A stretch of 60,205 bases of DNA, filler included. It is 4 parts of 4 records of this genome, joined end to end, with 100 filler letters (N's around TTAATTAATTAA, not from the genome) between each part and the next. Parts side by side here need not be neighbours in the genome. Positions count along the whole stretch, not along the records: positions 49,168 to 60,205 come from SRR20825006_404; 3 more parts are not named here. The stretch is one strand, 5' to 3'. Shown piece by piece: positions 59,649 to 60,205 of this stretch (position 1 is its first letter; each line of letters starts with the position of its first letter). Both the position numbers and the translations under genes were made by a program. Below the pieces are notes generated by a model, which searched no databases, was not told the DNA's origin, and saw only the letters and a program-made list of their open reading frames with translations.

Positions 59649-59891
59649 ATGTCAGTTTCTCCAGCACAATGCCGCGCTGCTCGCGCGCTAATCGAGATGG
59701 ATCAGGCCACTTTGGCGCAAGCCGCAAACGTGTCGAGAAACACGATTGTCGACTTTGAAAAGGGGCGACGCACGCCGAACCTGAATAATTTGGCAGCTAT
59801 TCAGCTAGCATTAGAAAAGGCGGGAGTTGTTTTCGTTGCCCAGAATGGCGAGGGTGCAGGAGTACGATTGAGGAAACAAGCCAATGAGTAA
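59649..59891 (+). CDS. XRE-family HTH repressor
   Basis: SPAQCRAARALIEMDQATLAQAANVSRNTIVDFEKG..GAGVRL; divergent from the minus-strand block. Confidence 0.88.
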   Translation: MSVSPAQCRAARALIEMDQATLAQAANVSRNTIVDFEKGRRTPNLNNLAAIQLALEKAGVVFVAQNGEGAGVRLRKQANE

Positions 59892-60015
59892 AAGAGACGA
59901 CTTTCTGTTTGCTGTTCAAACAGCCATCTTGGCAGACTGCATTCTGCGGCAAACCAAGAGTGACCCGACCAGCAAAGAAAAGACCTTTGCACATCCCGGG
60001 CATATTATCGGTCGC

Positions 60016-60205
60016 ATGGATGATCTTCTATATGCAGCAGATCGTATTCCCGAGCACATGAGCGCGTTTGAAGCGGCGCATTCCTACTGCTTTTATATGA
60101 TTGATAACCTACGTGAGGACGATGAACGGTCATCAGGACGAAAAGCTGAGTTACCTTCTTGGTTCGCTCGTTGCTTGAGAACGGCGGTGCAAAAGTCGGC
60201 CACGG
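60016..60205 (+). CDS. Hypothetical protein (3'-truncated by window edge)
   Basis: ATG 60016 frame open to the end: MDDLLYAADRIPEH.. Confidence 0.4.
   Translation, partial: MDDLLYAADRIPEHMSAFEAAHSYCFYMIDNLREDDERSSGRKAELPSWFARCLRTAVQKSAT

Larger units (their letters stand above)
53273..60205. mobile_element. tRNA-integrated phage-satellite-like element encoding head genes (cf-PICI-like); right end outside the window
   Basis: Integrase abutting the tRNA 3' end; portal, protease, connector, capsid and XRE repressor; no tail or lysis genes seen. Confidence 0.75.

Overview
This window is four unrelated contigs joined by three 100-nt artificial spacers (N44-TTAATTAATTAA-N44 at 13647-13746, 40701-40800, 49068-49167), so genes across spacers are not real neighbours. 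All segments look alphaproteobacterial. Contig 1 (1-13646) is housekeeping: ispA, dxs, MFS, SDR, amn, HU, DMT, aroC, TPP riboswitch-thiBPQ, petC, partial petB. Contig 2 (13747-40700) holds a hydroxamate siderophore locus: fecIR, a TonB transducer, fhuCDBF, a second PvdS-like ECF sigma, an N-monooxygenase, a C-domain-less A-T-TE NRPS, an IucB/VbsA-like acyltransferase, MATE, a PLP enzyme and DUF418. Two repeated ECF promoter motifs there suggest a two-tier sigma cascade. A tRNA 3'-end remnant then marks the edge of a conjugative island (traK/L/M-like, virB2-5-like). Contig 3 (40801-49067) is bracketed by two convergent paralogous Gly/Leu/Asp-repeat genes. It contains two REC-degenerate-GGDEF regulators, an Rrf2/oxidoreductase pair and a 1021-aa (alpha/alpha)-barrel-like/MurF-like fusion. 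Contig 4 (49168-60205) has etfBA, MATE, yjbQ, SIMPL and a CAT-anticodon tRNA followed by a phage-satellite-like element. Its capsid, connector, protease, portal, a small unannotated ORF and the integrase form one chain of overlapping reading frames. The top candidates for novelty are this head-only satellite and the vicibactin-like siderophore cluster. All calls come from motif recognition by eye; no database searches were run.
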